Assembly (NCBI GenBank): GCA_008632985.1
Contig: QPGO01000038.1
Span: forward strand, 273,939-337,938
Length of the DNA stretch: 64,000 nucleotides
Direction of reading: 5' to 3'
Source: Psammoneis japonica
Taxonomy: Eukaryota
In this document: piece after piece, positions 36,669-49,252 of the stretch
How positions within the stretch are numbered: the stretch's first letter is position 1
Layout of the letters: the number at the start of each line of letters is the position of its first letter
The notes under the pieces: generated by a model
What the model was told of the DNA's origin: nothing
Seen by the model: the letters and a program-made list of their open reading frames with translations, nothing else
Databases searched by the model: none
Translations under genes and position numbers: made by a program

Positions 36669-38098
36669 TCATGCTTTCGGTTCTGCCTCGGCCAGTAGGG
36701 GGTTATCCACATTGTCCAAAATGACCTTTCCTGTTGTCATGCCACGGCGTAGGGATTTCAATGCCTTCACAGCACCACTTGCAAAGTTGTATGCTTCGCC
36801 AATGTGTGGTGGTGTGACCGGCTCTAAATTACTCGGTTCTTGTCCGGCCCTGTCAGAACCACTGCCGCTGAGACATTCCACGCAATCTTTAAAGGCTTGC
36901 GATAGTAGCTCATTGTTTTCAGTTAGATAAATGAGATTGAATCCACCAACGCGTAAGTTGCGAGAGGACAATACACCGGGATCGATCCTTGGTCTCCGCA
37001 GATACCTCAACACCAATGGCAAGAGAGCTATTCTACTTCCTCTCCCTCTCCCATTATACGACGTGGACCCAAATGTCGCCAGTGTTCCTCCGGCATTAAT
37101 AATATCGAGCGAAGGTTGAAAATAAACCCCACTGTAGGATTCCATCACAATGTTTGCACCCCAACCAGCTTGAGCAACCATCGCGGGCGTCAGTTCAGCC
37201 CCACCTTGTAGGAAATCCGGAATACGTGAAGAACTTGCACCAGTTCGAGCCGTTATGGTTGCATTGCAAAGCCGTTTTTCAAACTCTTTAATACTGGAAG
37301 TCCTGACAATGCACTGTGCGGCAGAGCATAAAGGTCGAATCCGTTCTTCAAACACAGCCATCTTGTCTTTGTGTCCCACAATTCCAACAACAACGGCTCC
37401 AAGTCGAGCAGCAATTTCGCTCGCCCACAATCCGACCCCACCAGCTGCTGAATGGACCACAACTATGCAAGTAACATTTTCACTACTAGAGGCTTGTTTT
37501 CGCTGGATATGGGACAACAAGTCTGCCACATATACGAGCCCATACCAAGCGGTAAGCGCGTTCACGAGAAAAGCCGCAACTCTTGGTGAGACCACGTGTC
37601 TGGTAATTTTTGGAGGTTCTCGGGAGATGTTGTAACCATGTCAGAGTATGCACCAAATCGTGTAAAGCCAAACACTCGGTCTCCTTTACGGAGTAGTGGC
37701 GGAGAGTCGTCCAGGAGAATACCAGAGAACTCCAGGCCAGGGCAAAACGCCTCTTGCTTCGCGTCGCGTCGATTCTTTCTCACTGAATTCTCGCGCTTGC
37801 CTTCTTGACGCTGCAAATTAGCAGCCTTGTAATAACCCAAGATGGTAAAGACATCTGCAAAGTTCAGACCCACAGCCTTGGTTGCGACTCGAACATTCGT
37901 ACTGTTTTGGGGGAATGCACTACTTGTTTTCTCATGCTGACAAAGAACCAGTCGATTCAAGTCGCCAAATTTGACACCTCGAGGAATTATCCAGGAACGA
38001 TAGCCCGCTAAAGCTGCTGTTTGGATAGGGGTTAGCAACGAAAAGCAGAAAAGCAAGAAGCGAACGCATAGCAATGGCATAATCGTCTCAAACATCAT
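36669..38098 (-). CDS. Medium-chain dehydrogenase/reductase, quinone oxidoreductase/VAT-1-like; frameshift near 37580
   Basis: VGLNFADVF, PGLEFSG, GDRVFGFTRFGAYS, VHSAAGGVG, GMTTGKVIL; N-terminal signal peptide. Confidence 0.9.
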
Positions 38099-38389
38099 CC
38101 CATAACATCATCCTCATACCGTACTGCGTTTGCATTGCGAGCTGTGTGCGCTGATATGATGCCGCGGATGCTGTGGAATACTGTAATGTGACGAATGATA
38201 GGGTATCTTCACGAATATTCTTATAAGTTATGGTCTAGCCAAACATTATAGTGTATATAACTACTCAGGGATGAAGAGTTTCTCTCAGGGGTGTCTTCCC
38301 GCAGGTCCTGCAACATGAAATCAGTGCCAGACAGCCGATTCAAAAAGTTGTCGTGGAATCCCAGGTTATGAAATCGGTACGAAACACAA

Positions 38390-39130
38390 ATTTTGTGATG
38401 CTGAATGGCACTGAACTCTCATGCCAAGAGTTCCGTGATGTGCTCTTCTTGCGGTGGTGTGGCGGTGCTCCACAGGACCTCCGGGAGCACTGTGGTGGGT
38501 GTGGGCGCAAGTTCTCCATGAGCCACGCCCTTCAGTGCAAGAAGGGTGGCCCGGTCATCTCATGACATGATGAAGTGTGTGACAACCCAGTGACCCAATT
38601 GGCAAGGCTCACAAACCTTCCTGCACACACAACGAACCTCTCATCAAACCCACTGGGTCCCATCTTGGGAAGCCCAAACACCTCCAACAGAGTTCCCCAG
38701 GCAACACCAACTCCAACAAGTCCAAGGACAGCAATCATGGAGATCTTCTCGCATTGAGATTCTGGGATGAAAGGACAGACATGGTGATGGACATCAGAGC
38801 CCCTGACATGGATGCAAAGTCACACCTGTCCAAACACCACCAGAAGAAGTCCCCCAGAAAACCACGAACGTGAGAAAAAGCACAAGTGCACCTCAAGCCC
38901 TGTCTTGAACAATGCCATCATTTCACTCCATTTGTTGTGTTGTGTGATGGGCTGCTTGTTGGCAAAAAAGCCAAGGTGATGCTCCCCGCAAGATTGTGTC
39001 AAAACTGTCTGCTGACAAGTGGCAAAAGCCATGCTTGGAAGCATGTGGCAGCATCAATGTGAGAATGAGCATCACCACAGTTGGGGCAACCCATTGTTGC
39101 CTCAGGGGATCATGAATTCCCACATCCCAG
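38390..39130 (+). mobile_element. 3' fragment of a non-LTR retrotransposon with restriction-like endonuclease (CRE-like), hypermutated
   Basis: 'ELSCQEFRDVLFLR..CGGCGRKFSMSHALQCKKGG..HDEVCD', 'GDLL', 'DAKSHLSK', 'EREKKHKC', 'CHHFTPFVV', 'KWQKPC', 'RMSITTVGATHCCLRGS'. Confidence 0.85.
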
Positions 39131-39929
39131 ATCAGCTCCAGACATCCCCAGCAGGAGAATGGCACATTTCTGTTCCTTTGCAAACATCAAAGAAGGGCTG
39201 TTCTTTGGACGGACTGCGCTCATTTAGACAGAATGCTGACCTGCCATCTGCAGAGACTGCCAATGTGCTCCTGACAAGACAACGACAGCTCTTCCCAAAT
39301 CCCAACACACCAACTGTGGTGCCACCACAATCCACTCAAATTTCACACACAGATGGCAAAACTTGTGCATGAAAACTGCCCCTTTTGCTTGCATGATTGC
39401 ACCAACTGCGTGATGCCCACCACTTTTCAAATGAAAAAAGAGCGGCAAAATGTGAATCACAGGAAATTGCACATGTGCAATGTGCGCACAAAAATCATTC
39501 AGAGATGCTTCCACCACACTGTGAAAGAGAAACAATGACAACACAAGTTGACGAGGATGATCTTTCATTCCAACAAAACATTCAAGTTGATTTTTGGACA
39601 GGCACAATGGGTCAAGTCAAAGATTTTCTTTGCAAGATCTGTCTTCAAGGCTCGCAAAGTGCACAGTGCCTGTGGGCAGATGTGGACAGCACCACATCCC
39701 TCTGTCATGCACGCCCCTTGCTTGCATTGTTTCTTGCCTTCAATTCACAGCAAAATCAAGAGCAACCAAAGTCTGGTGGCCACATGGTCATTCTAATTGA
39801 GCTCTCCAAGCTCTTTCTCAGACAACTGGGCAAATGAAAGAGGCTGTGAAATGCAGCTTTTTTGCCCCCCACAAATGTTTTGCATCAGTGGAGTGCATCA
39901 CTGTGAGCCGACACTTCAGCTTGATTGAA

Positions 39930-40760
39930 TTGCCACATGAAGTGCGCTTGCTTGTTTGAGTGCATGCTCCTCATTGTGCAAGAATCTCATTTGTTTGCCT
40001 CCAGAAATTGGCCAATTGCAGCAACTTCATCTGCTGAAAGTTCTTTGTTGCACAAGTCTTGAGCAACTTCCTCTGTGGAGATTGGGCAGTTGCAAAGAAC
40101 TGGCACGCTTGAATTTGGAAGGTTGCGCATCCCTTGCACAGCTGGCAAGAGAGAAATGGGACATCTCCGTGGGTTGGTTTTGCTCAATCTGCCATCATTA
40201 TTTGGGATTGATTTGTTGTCTTGCCATTGAAATTATGGTCATTTGACCAACTTGCAAAAATTGTTCTTGAGTGGTGTGCATCTGGAAGAGTTGCCAAGTG
40301 CTGTTGGAAATCTGGCAAATCTTGTGTCTTTGTGTCCAAGCAGATGCTCTCCAGCATTGCAGAGCTGCCAATGGAAATTCAGGCATTGATGAATTTGCAA
40401 ATGCTGTTTCTTTGACAAATGCACTCAACTGACAAGAGATCCCAGAAGTCATGCTGCAGGCACTGGCAAACTTGAGAGTGCTTGCTTTGCAGCAATGCAG
40501 GAGATCCAGTGACAACACTGTAGGAAATTGGAGAGGCTTTGCATTGGTTGTGTCAAGGGTGGCTGCTCCATTCAATGCCATGCAACCTGAAATGAATTTC
40601 TGAGTGCTTGGCATGGAGCAGTGCCAGATGCTGTCTGCTCCACAAAGATGACATGTCGTTTGGTTTGTGGCCCAACATTTTGGCAAACTCAAGCAATGTT
40701 CCAACTGTGTTGTTCTTGTTGTTCTTGTCATTCTTGACAAACAACCCAGAGACATGGTGG
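39930..40760 (+). pseudogene. Leucine-rich-repeat gene remnant, hypermutated
   Basis: 'LICLPPEIGQLQQLHLLKVLCCTSLEQLP...LARLNLEGCASLAQL', 'IAELPMEIQALMNLQML'. Confidence 0.8.
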
Positions 40761-41892
40761 TGGGGTGCCACTGAGGAACACACAAGAGCAGAGATGAGTG
40801 ATCTCACACACAGCATGCGTGAACAATGCCACCGATGACTTGGGAAGCAACACAAATAAAAGCTCTTTTAATGCCAGCACCAGCAGTTTGCAGCTTCGAC
40901 AGCTCACTCCAGGGAGAGTGAAACTTCTGCAGTGCTTGCTTTTCGTTTTATGGCATTCCCTGCAGTTCAAAAACTGATGATGTTGTTTTGCATCGATTCC
41001 GAACAGCCGTGCTCATTGGAATGTCGCTCTCGGAGGAGCTCGAATCGCCCCAGTCGTCTTCATGTGATGGTGCACATGTCCAAAAACAATTCCTAGAAAG
41101 TCGAGAATCGGTGGGCCTGACCCTCCAATAAAAAAGGTCTGCAAAGAAAGAAATCAACGAGGCAATGAGATTCCGAAAATACGACAGGGCTCCAACGAAC
41201 GCAGTGTTGCGCCTTTGCTCTACAATCCAAAGTCACCAATTCACACTCACCTGCGCAAGAAAGGCCCACGGCAGTAACTCTGCTTTTAGTGTGAACATAT
41301 CGAACATGTTGATTTCCATTCCTTCAAAAAAGTCGGCTCTAGACATAATAAAGGTACTGCGTCAGGTTGTGTCCAAAAAAGACTGAACTCATACCGAGAC
41401 AGCCGTATCCGACCAACATGTCATATACGGTCGGTTGTGATGAAGTCGCTCCAAGGTACTCATGTACGTCCAGACAAAGTGATCTACTATAGAGAAGATT
41501 TTGTAAAAATAGTGTTGGGTTGAGGTTACCAAGAGTTGGTTCCACAGGGAAAGAGAGCATCTCCACACTCTTATCGGTAATGTAAGGCTACAAAGTCTTA
41601 GCACAAAGTAAGCAACTCTTTCATCGCCCATTCACATAGCTAGATGCCTTGGTTGTTGTCCCGTGAAGGTGAAACTACCCCAACGGTGTTGCCTTGGAGC
41701 TTGCCAGTGAAGCATTGCGATTGCAATCGCGAAAGATTAGAGATGCGAGCCTCCCCACAAACCCCGTTTGGGAATTTATACCATAGACATAAAAAAAGTG
41801 AAGGAAACTTCCGTTTTGAGCCAACTCGTTGATATCGCCACAAATCGAATTGGGTTTCGCCACGAGAAACTCAGAGAAGCAACGGACGAACA

Positions 41893-42987
41893 TTACAATG
41901 CAAAACTGACGCCCAAAAACGCAAGTAACCCCAGCTTGCCTCCGAACCCCGTCAAAATTCCCGTTTGTAGCAACAGAGACGACAATGAAGCAGCCAAAAG
42001 CATGGATCGCTTGGTGAATATAGGTAGGGTTGTCATGCCCATAAAGGCTCCCAAGTAAGCAGCAGGCTGCGTCGGTGCCACCATGCCAACCAGCGAAGCT
42101 GGCAACACGATGCCTCCAGGAGACTTGGAGACAAACAATCCCGCCCCAAACATGGTCAAGACGGATTGGACATAATTGATCAGCAACATGCCTTTGTTGC
42201 TGCTGTTCAATATAATCGGAATGGCCAAGGTTGCAAACAGTGTTGCCTTGACGATGAAATCATTGATGCTGGTATTTCCAGAGTGTTTCTTGAAGTCATA
42301 TGTTTTCGAAACCTGTCGGAAACAAAAGGTGGCTGCCATGACAGATGCCGCTACCGGACCTATTGCTTCAATGCCTTGGACAATACTTGTTGTCAGAATT
42401 TGCCGCCTGTGCTTGTTGAATAGTCCCAAATAGAGAGTATTTGCGAGAAACGCCAGAGTACCTAGTCGTCCGCCCTTTCCTGCCCAGGCTCCCGAGGCTA
42501 GATAGTAGACCAAGGAAGTAATCCCTCCCAAGCAAATACAGTCCGATAATGTCGTGGCATGTCCTGACATACCAGCAAAAGATCCACAAAAGGAGGCTAC
42601 CGCGTAGGCGGGGGACGAAGAAGAAAAGACGACGGAACCCACAAGTCCCTGAAGACCCGACGCTTGAATCACGGACAGGCCGCCGTGCCGAGCCAGCAAC
42701 CATGTGGAAACACACGAGAGTCCTGCCACTGATGATTTCTTCACAGAGTCCCAATTAACGACATTCAAACTGGGTCGTTGCTGCTGTTGTATTGGAGGAG
42801 GGACTGCAACGGTGTTGTTGTTACCGCTTGGTTGGAAGGAAGGAAACGCGGAACTCGAAACTTTGACAATTCGCTTGTTTGCGTCGATGCCATTCTTGAA
42901 CTTGCTGGTAGCAGCGGGATGAAGGAATGACTCGGATCCGACAAAAAAGAGAAGAAGAACTGTTAGAAGTTGAACGAGTTGCATCAT
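41893..42987 (-). CDS. Plastid-targeted multi-pass membrane protein with a two-fold internal repeat (uncharacterised family)
   Basis: Signal ending 'GSESF'; paired motifs ASFCGSFAGMS...GKGGRLGTLAF and AAYLGAFMGMT...GFGGKLGLLAF. Confidence 0.8.
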   Translation of the reverse strand: MMQLVQLLTVLLLFFVGSESFLHPAATSKFKNGIDANKRIVKVSSSAFPSFQPSGNNNTVAVPPPIQQQQRPSLNVVNWDSVKKSSVAGLSCVSTWLLARHGGLSVIQASGLQGLVGSVVFSSSSPAYAVASFCGSFAGMSGHATTLSDCICLGGITSLVYYLASGAWAGKGGRLGTLAFLANTLYLGLFNKHRRQILTTSIVQGIEAIGPVAASVMAATFCFRQVSKTYDFKKHSGNTSINDFIVKATLFATLAIPIILNSSNKGMLLINYVQSVLTMFGAGLFVSKSPGGIVLPASLVGMVAPTQPAAYLGAFMGMTTLPIFTKRSMLLAASLSSLLLQTGILTGFGGKLGLLAFLGVSFAL

Positions 42988-43099
42988 TGGAGGTTTAAGG
43001 AAAATGTGGAAGCGGGTTGACAATTTTTGGAACGAAAACAATGTGGCGGGAAGCATGAGCGATGACGTGGATTGCTGAGACGTCACATCCACGTCATGT

Positions 43100-46000
43100 G
43101 CTTTTCGTCTGTCCTGCATCGCATGCGATGGATCAACACCCGCGATTTCACAATGGCGGCGGCGGGTGAAGAAGTGGTGTGCAACTTACCTCTTCTCGCT
43201 AACCATCAGAGGCATTGGCCTAGACGACTTCGCTTGCATGCTTGCCTGTCGTGCTCACCCCGAAGCATGCACCGTGTTTTGAAAATCTCTCGTTTCACAA
43301 GCGCCATCTTCAACCTTTCCTGTGTGTGGCTTTGTGCGCTGCGAACGATTACAATGACAAGATGAGAGGGACTGAAGTTATCGATTGTGTGCTTTGGTGG
43401 CGTAGATGGAGAGAGGTTAGGGAATTTTTTGTTGGTGTGACTGGGGAGCACTCTGTGTGCCCACAGCACTGTGTCATGTGTGGGGAGTTGGGACGAATGA
43501 AGCCATTCGGAGTGGGAACGAGAGGAATGGTGGAAAAGGTGAAAAGGTTCAGCAGACACAGGAAAGAAATGCATGGTGATGCTGCCGTGTCTGTTCACTC
43601 TGCATGACATTTCCAACAACACATCTGTCGAGGCAGGTGTGTCGTCATGTTCTCCTCGTTTGCATTTTGGGTGCCGGAACGTTGCTGTTGTGCCTGAAAA
43701 AAAAATCGACTAGATCTGCCGACTTGTGACATGTGCCTCACCCAGACTACGAGAAAATTGGCACTCTATGAGTGACAACTTTGTGCATCCCAGTTGGAGC
43801 AACTTGCTGGGGAAACAACAATGACGCAGAGTTGTGGTGGATCACTTGTTGTTGCTGCTTGCTCTGTGCATCATTCAACAACAAGAAGACATTGTAAGGT
43901 GTTGCCGATCATGGTGGAGAAATGTAATTTCGAGTTCCAACTGTGACTTTCAGAGGCCACTGGTGGCACTGGCAAGACATGAAGGCTTGACATGAAGGCT
44001 TGCTCGGTCCAGAGCCAGGAGAGTGAACTCCTTTTGGCGATGGACAGTTGGAGACATGCGTGATGGATGTCCTCTGTTTGCAAGAGTTGCAATTTTGTGG
44101 ACAGACATTTCTTTGGCATTGTCTGCAGCCTCTCGCTTGCCAGGGTTAAAGGCCTCTCCCACCACACGCATTGGCTTTGTCGAGGCACAGAGGGCGATGG
44201 TCTGAAGCTTTGCGCCTCTGCAGTGAGTGTTGCAGCATGTGCGTTGAGCAACCGACCACAATGTTTCACGAGGAGCACATGGAAGACAAGTGCACATGAC
44301 AAGTGGATGCTCTTTGTGTTTCAACGCAGTGGACTTTTTGAGCCTTGGTGCAAAACAGAAACAGGAGGGGGGGTGTCTTTCTCCACGCAAACAATGCTTG
44401 AGATTGAGCAACATGCCAAACTTCAATGGAAAAGTTGCATTCAACTTGGTGTGGTGAGTTTGGGGAGCAACAAGTTTTTGCAACCACGACAGAAATGGCA
44501 GGTTTTGGGATGAAGAACTTCTTCAAACTGCACGCAGGTGCAACTCTTGACCATGGCACACGGTGGGTGCATGGCCTTCCCATCGCACAAGTTCGTGGAT
44601 GATCCTGAGTCAATTGCAGTGGTGTCAAAGACTCAACAGGGGCTTGATGAGATGATGGTGAGCAAGACTGGTGATGAGGAAGACTGCTTTCATCTGCAGT
44701 TGTGTGCATCTGACAATGTGTGTTCTTCTGAATGCACTTTGTTCTCTTCCTGTGACACTCTGATGTTTGCAATTCATGCACCCAAGGGGTTGCAGCTTCT
44801 CAAAACCAACCATTTCGGCAAGTGGCCCCAACATGGTGGATTGAGCATCAGTGAAGCCACACTGATGAATTCCAACTCACATCCGCTTGTTGTTCCATTT
44901 TCACAGTCATTGTCATTGCTGTCCTTTTTGCACTGCATGTGTGTCCTGAACTCTTGGATCCAAGTGTGAGTTGGCCATTGCTCAAGCCAAGCATTTGCAG
45001 TGCGCAACCCCACCACAATGGATTGTCAAAATTGTGCACGCATCAATCAGTCGAGTGGCTCACATCACTCTTCGTTGAATCCTCCTTTGCCATGGGAAAG
45101 TTGATCGTGTGCTGACCGGTGGTTTGCCATGGGGTGCAACAAAGCACAAGGGCAGAGAACTGGCATGTCCATCACCACATGGTGCTTGCAGCACAGGGGC
45201 GTGATTCTGAGGCTTTGTCATGCAAACACAGGTGATCGGAGCAATGTTGTGTTTTGCAATGTGAAGGAACCTCCTTGTGCTTTTCATTGTCCCTTGGATT
45301 CAACTTTCTTTCTCCGGTTGGCACGTTGGTCATTTTGCCGGGCATTCAATTTCTGCTGGCATTTTTTCTTGAGAGTCTCAAGTTGCTTCTTGAAGGCCTT
45401 GAACTTGGGATGCGCACATGGACTTCGACAATGCGCTCCCGTTCTGTCACTCACATCCATTGGACCACTGTGAAGCATCAAAGCAGGTGCATTCGATGGA
45501 CCAGCAAATGCTGCTGGCACAGGATGGCACTGGGTTTGTTGCTGGTTTGAATTGCAGATGCTGTCGAAGGGGGTGTTGATGTGCGTGTTTGCAGGGACCA
45601 ACCCAAGCACTTTCCATCTTGCCAGCCTTTCCCTTTTGTGCGTGTCGTTTTGATGCTTCAATGCTCGTTTCTTCTTGTTCTCTTGGGTCTGGGCCAACAT
45701 GGCAGATGAACAGGCTTTCTTTGGGTTGACTCTGTTGCCATTCTTGGTCACTCTTTTTTTTCTTTGAGCACGTTCAAGTTGGCCGCGATGGCAGCAGCAG
45801 CGGGGCAGATGGCGCATGATTGACAGCTTCTGCTGGAATGACCAGAGGTTTGTCTGAAGGACTCTTGATGTTGGATGGGGTGTCTCTTGGTTCTTCATTG
45901 GCATTTGTGGTCAAAGGAGGAACCAATCCCATGCGATCAATGACTTTTGTCAGAAGAACAACCGGTTGCAGGAAGGAAAAGAAGAGGGAGCCGGCGTCAC

Positions 46001-47450
46001 ATGATCTGACCTGACGTTGCTTGTTTCATCACCGCCTGGATCTGCAGACACGGTTGATGGTGGAATGGATGGACTTTGATCAATTGCTTGTGATGCAGCC
46101 ACTTCAGGTGCATCTGAAGTGGTTGCCAGAGTGTTGCTTGATTCATCTCCCGCCTGAGCAGCGTTTGTGGTCAAAGGAGAGGCATTGATGGAAGGCAAGC
46201 ATGATTTTCTTCTGGTGCCACAATTGGCATCTTCGCAAGGACCAACCCAAGCACTTTCCATCTCACCAGCATTTCCCTCTTGCATGTCTTGGATCAATGC
46301 TTCGTCGCTCGTTTTGTTTTGTTCTCTTTGATCCAGGCAAGCAACATGGATGAACATGCTTTCTTTGGGTTGAGTCTGCCTCCATTCGGGGTCACTTTGG
46401 TTTTCATTTTCTTTGAATGCTTCTGAGTGGCCCCAGTTGGCCCCGGCAACGAGAGCTGCACCAATGGATCATTGTCCAATGGGAAGGCAGCTGTTTTGTC
46501 ACCGTTCTGAGCTTCTGGCACCGCCTCGGGCTTGGCGTGAAGGTGTCGTGACAGGCTGCGTGCCGTCCAGGAAGTCTTGCATTGGAAAGTCAATCTCAAT
46601 GCAATGACAACCGAGAGAGTGCACAGCTTGGCATCATTCTCAAACACGACATTCACTTGGATGTCACCACTTTTTGTGAGGAGGCTTTTGAAAAATGTGG
46701 TCACGGTGGACTGGATCATGCAGACGTGCTTGGTTTTCAAAAACTTCTTGATTGTGAGCTCTGCGCCATCGACACGCGGGACCGATCAACATGGCGCATG
46801 GCTCGCAGTGCTGGTGATGACAGTGCTGTTGATTTCAGTGTCCAACTTGACAAACTTGTTGGCCACGATGTGGAAGTTCTCAAGGGCTTGAGCGAATGAG
46901 TCGTTCGTGAGCATCGAAAGCCTGACAACATGCTCTTTGCGGATTTTGGTGGCAAGGCGGCAGAGTTTCGAAATGCTCGATTTGTGCCATGCCTCTTGCG
47001 ACAAGAAGCACATGTGGTTGACTTCGTCAATCACAACCTGCGACAAGGGACGGGCTTGAATCGTGCCTGCTCTGGCGACATTGGAAAGCATGGAGTTTCG
47101 CTTCAACGCAACAAAAACGGAAAACATGGCCTTGACGGCACGCTTGCCAATCAAAGCGATCAAAGTCACGACATCCACAATGGCGGTGACAGAGAGAGCG
47201 ATGAGTGCGAGCGGGGAGACGTTCATGGTTGCTTTTGTGGGAAGGTGAATGGTCTGTGTTGTATGCCTCTCCGAGTTGGAAAAGTGACAGCGTCGTGTTC
47301 GATGTTCTCGATCTTCGCGTGGCAACGGCTCTCAGCATGGTTCTACGCAGCAGCACGCAGCGGCCAGAAACGAGGGTGAAACTTGTTTCAATCTTCGGCG
47401 AAAACTCACGATCGATTTCAAAATGCCGTGACGCTTGGTTTTGTCACCAT
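43100..47450 (-). mobile_element. TpA-depleted degenerate element or gene of unknown class, with two HMG-box-like repeats
   Basis: TA nearly absent. A direct repeat 45601-45755 / 46245-46400 encodes 'NPKKACSS..LA...ENK.KRA.KH...KRE.L.RWKVLG' on the - strand. Confidence 0.45.
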
Positions 47451-48019
47451 TCTCGCCAATGCCGGTTCCGAGAAATTCGGAGACTTGTCCAGCCACCAGT
47501 GATCTAGGAGAGCTAAATGCACCTCCATCCTCGTTAAGTTGGTCCCTGCGATGTCTACGGCCTGAGGGTGCCATAGGACAATGGCAAGGCTGGTTATGGA
47601 GGAGACTGCTTTCATCGTGTGGTTGCGCATCTAATGACATGCATTCTTTAAACATTTTTCTCTTTTGCTCTCGGTCATGCATCTGATGGTTTGCAATCAC
47701 TCGAAACCGATTATTTCGGTAAGTAGCTCCAACATAGAGTGGATTGGGCATCATGCGTCGTCTCGATACTGGATACGTGGCAGGAATATGTCATTCGATG
47801 AATTACGCTGGTGTTATTCTATTGCACTTTTCCAAGCGTTTTGCAAGAAGCGGAGAGATCGGCGTGGTGTGCATCGCTTGCATGTGTTCAGCTGATGTTG
47901 TGGTACGGAATTATTATAGATGAAGATCAGTGATTTCAAATATTTATATAGTTACTCTTGTTCTGTGAAAAGGGACCACTACAGAGTTGGAAGAAGACCA
48001 GAACGGCGCTCGTACCTGT

Positions 48020-48562
48020 TTATACAAGAGTGGGATCGTTATCAATTGCGTGCTCAATCTCGTCCAGAAGCGAATCATGCTTATGAGCTTCCTTGGACCT
48101 CCATGCTTCCACGTCTCTGTCGTGCTGCAAAGACTCAACAGCGTCAGCCTGAGCAGCAAGATAAGGGTCATTGTCGATAGACGCCTGGATTTCGTCCATC
48201 AACTCGTACTCTTGAGCCTGCTTCTTGGGTAGGCCCTTTGCAGAAGAATCACCGCTCCGGTCAGCGAGATACGGATCAGTGTCAATCGAGTGCTCAATCT
48301 CGTCCAGGAGCGAGTCATGCCTATGGGATTCCTTATCCCTCCATTCCTTCATTTCCCTCTCATGCTGTAACGAGTCGACCGTCTTTGCCTGAGCTGAAAG
48401 ATACGGATCTTTGTCAATCGAGGCTTCAATCGCGTCGTCGCTACCGGCTTCTCGGAGAAGAAGAGAAACGCTGCTACTCTTGGGAGGCAACACGACAAAA
48501 CCGCTGGCTTGCGTAAAGAAGAGGGAGGAAAGGAAGGCGGTCTTCATCATTGTAGTTTTCAT
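48020..48562 (-). CDS. Plastid-targeted small repeat protein
   Basis: Signal ending 'TQASGF'; four D(E/A)IxxxIDxDPxL repeats and two 'W R.KE.H.HDSLLDEIEH' blocks. Confidence 0.8.
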   Translation of the reverse strand: MKTTMMKTAFLSSLFFTQASGFVVLPPKSSSVSLLLREAGSDDAIEASIDKDPYLSAQAKTVDSLQHEREMKEWRDKESHRHDSLLDEIEHSIDTDPYLADRSGDSSAKGLPKKQAQEYELMDEIQASIDNDPYLAAQADAVESLQHDRDVEAWRSKEAHKHDSLLDEIEHAIDNDPTLV

Positions 48563-49090
48563 AGAGCAGGCAGTTGTTGTTGGCAGTTGGATACTGTACT
48601 GTATCTTCTTTCTGTTTCAGAGCTGTCCATCCTTTTTTGTGATGAAGAGAGATGAAAACATGTGACATCGTTCTGACACGAAGGGTTCGCAATTTCGGGG
48701 AAACATGAATCTGATTGGCTGTTCCTTATCCCTTGATGGAGCTCGTAAAAGGACTGAGATTTGTGTGTCCGTTGAGATTGACGAGCTCTCATCTTTTGGT
48801 CACAAGAAAGACGAAGGCCCAAAGTGTCAATTGCCTCTTTTTCGATTGAAATGACCTCAAAAATGACCGCGTTTCGAACAATTTGAAATTTGGGTCACGA
48901 CTCCTCACGACCAGACCTGCGGTGTTTCACAAATTCCTCACATCTTTCAAAGACCATCAGTGCCAAATCCGAACCATCACACTGTTCATTCATTCAACGC
49001 TCCCTTCTCACAACACATCGCGTTGTTCTATTCATCGCATTACTTCAACGACAACGCTCTGCGCAACTGGCTCGCTCATTCCTCAACAAA

Positions 49091-49252
49091 ATGAAGTGGC
49101 TTCTACTTCCCGTGTTTTCTACCGTCGCGAACCTGCTTATGTTTCTTGTGATACTTCAGCACAGCAAGTCTCATGCCAAAGCGTCATATTTCCAGATAGA
49201 TCCCCAAGCGCCCATCATGGAAACAAGTGACCAGAGCATCTCTCGGTTATGA
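49091..49252 (+). CDS. Putative 53-aa single-TM microprotein (paralog of 53417..53617)
   Basis: MKWLLLPVFSTVANLLMFLVILQHSK aligns with MNWLWLPLVSTLFNLLLFFLIQKNHK; shared upstream CAAATCCGAA motif. Confidence 0.55.
   Translation: MKWLLLPVFSTVANLLMFLVILQHSKSHAKASYFQIDPQAPIMETSDQSISRL

Noticed and set aside
44774..45060. Polinton DNA polymerase B motif suggested by 'TANAWLEQ'
   Set aside because: The expected downstream motifs are not found in any frame.
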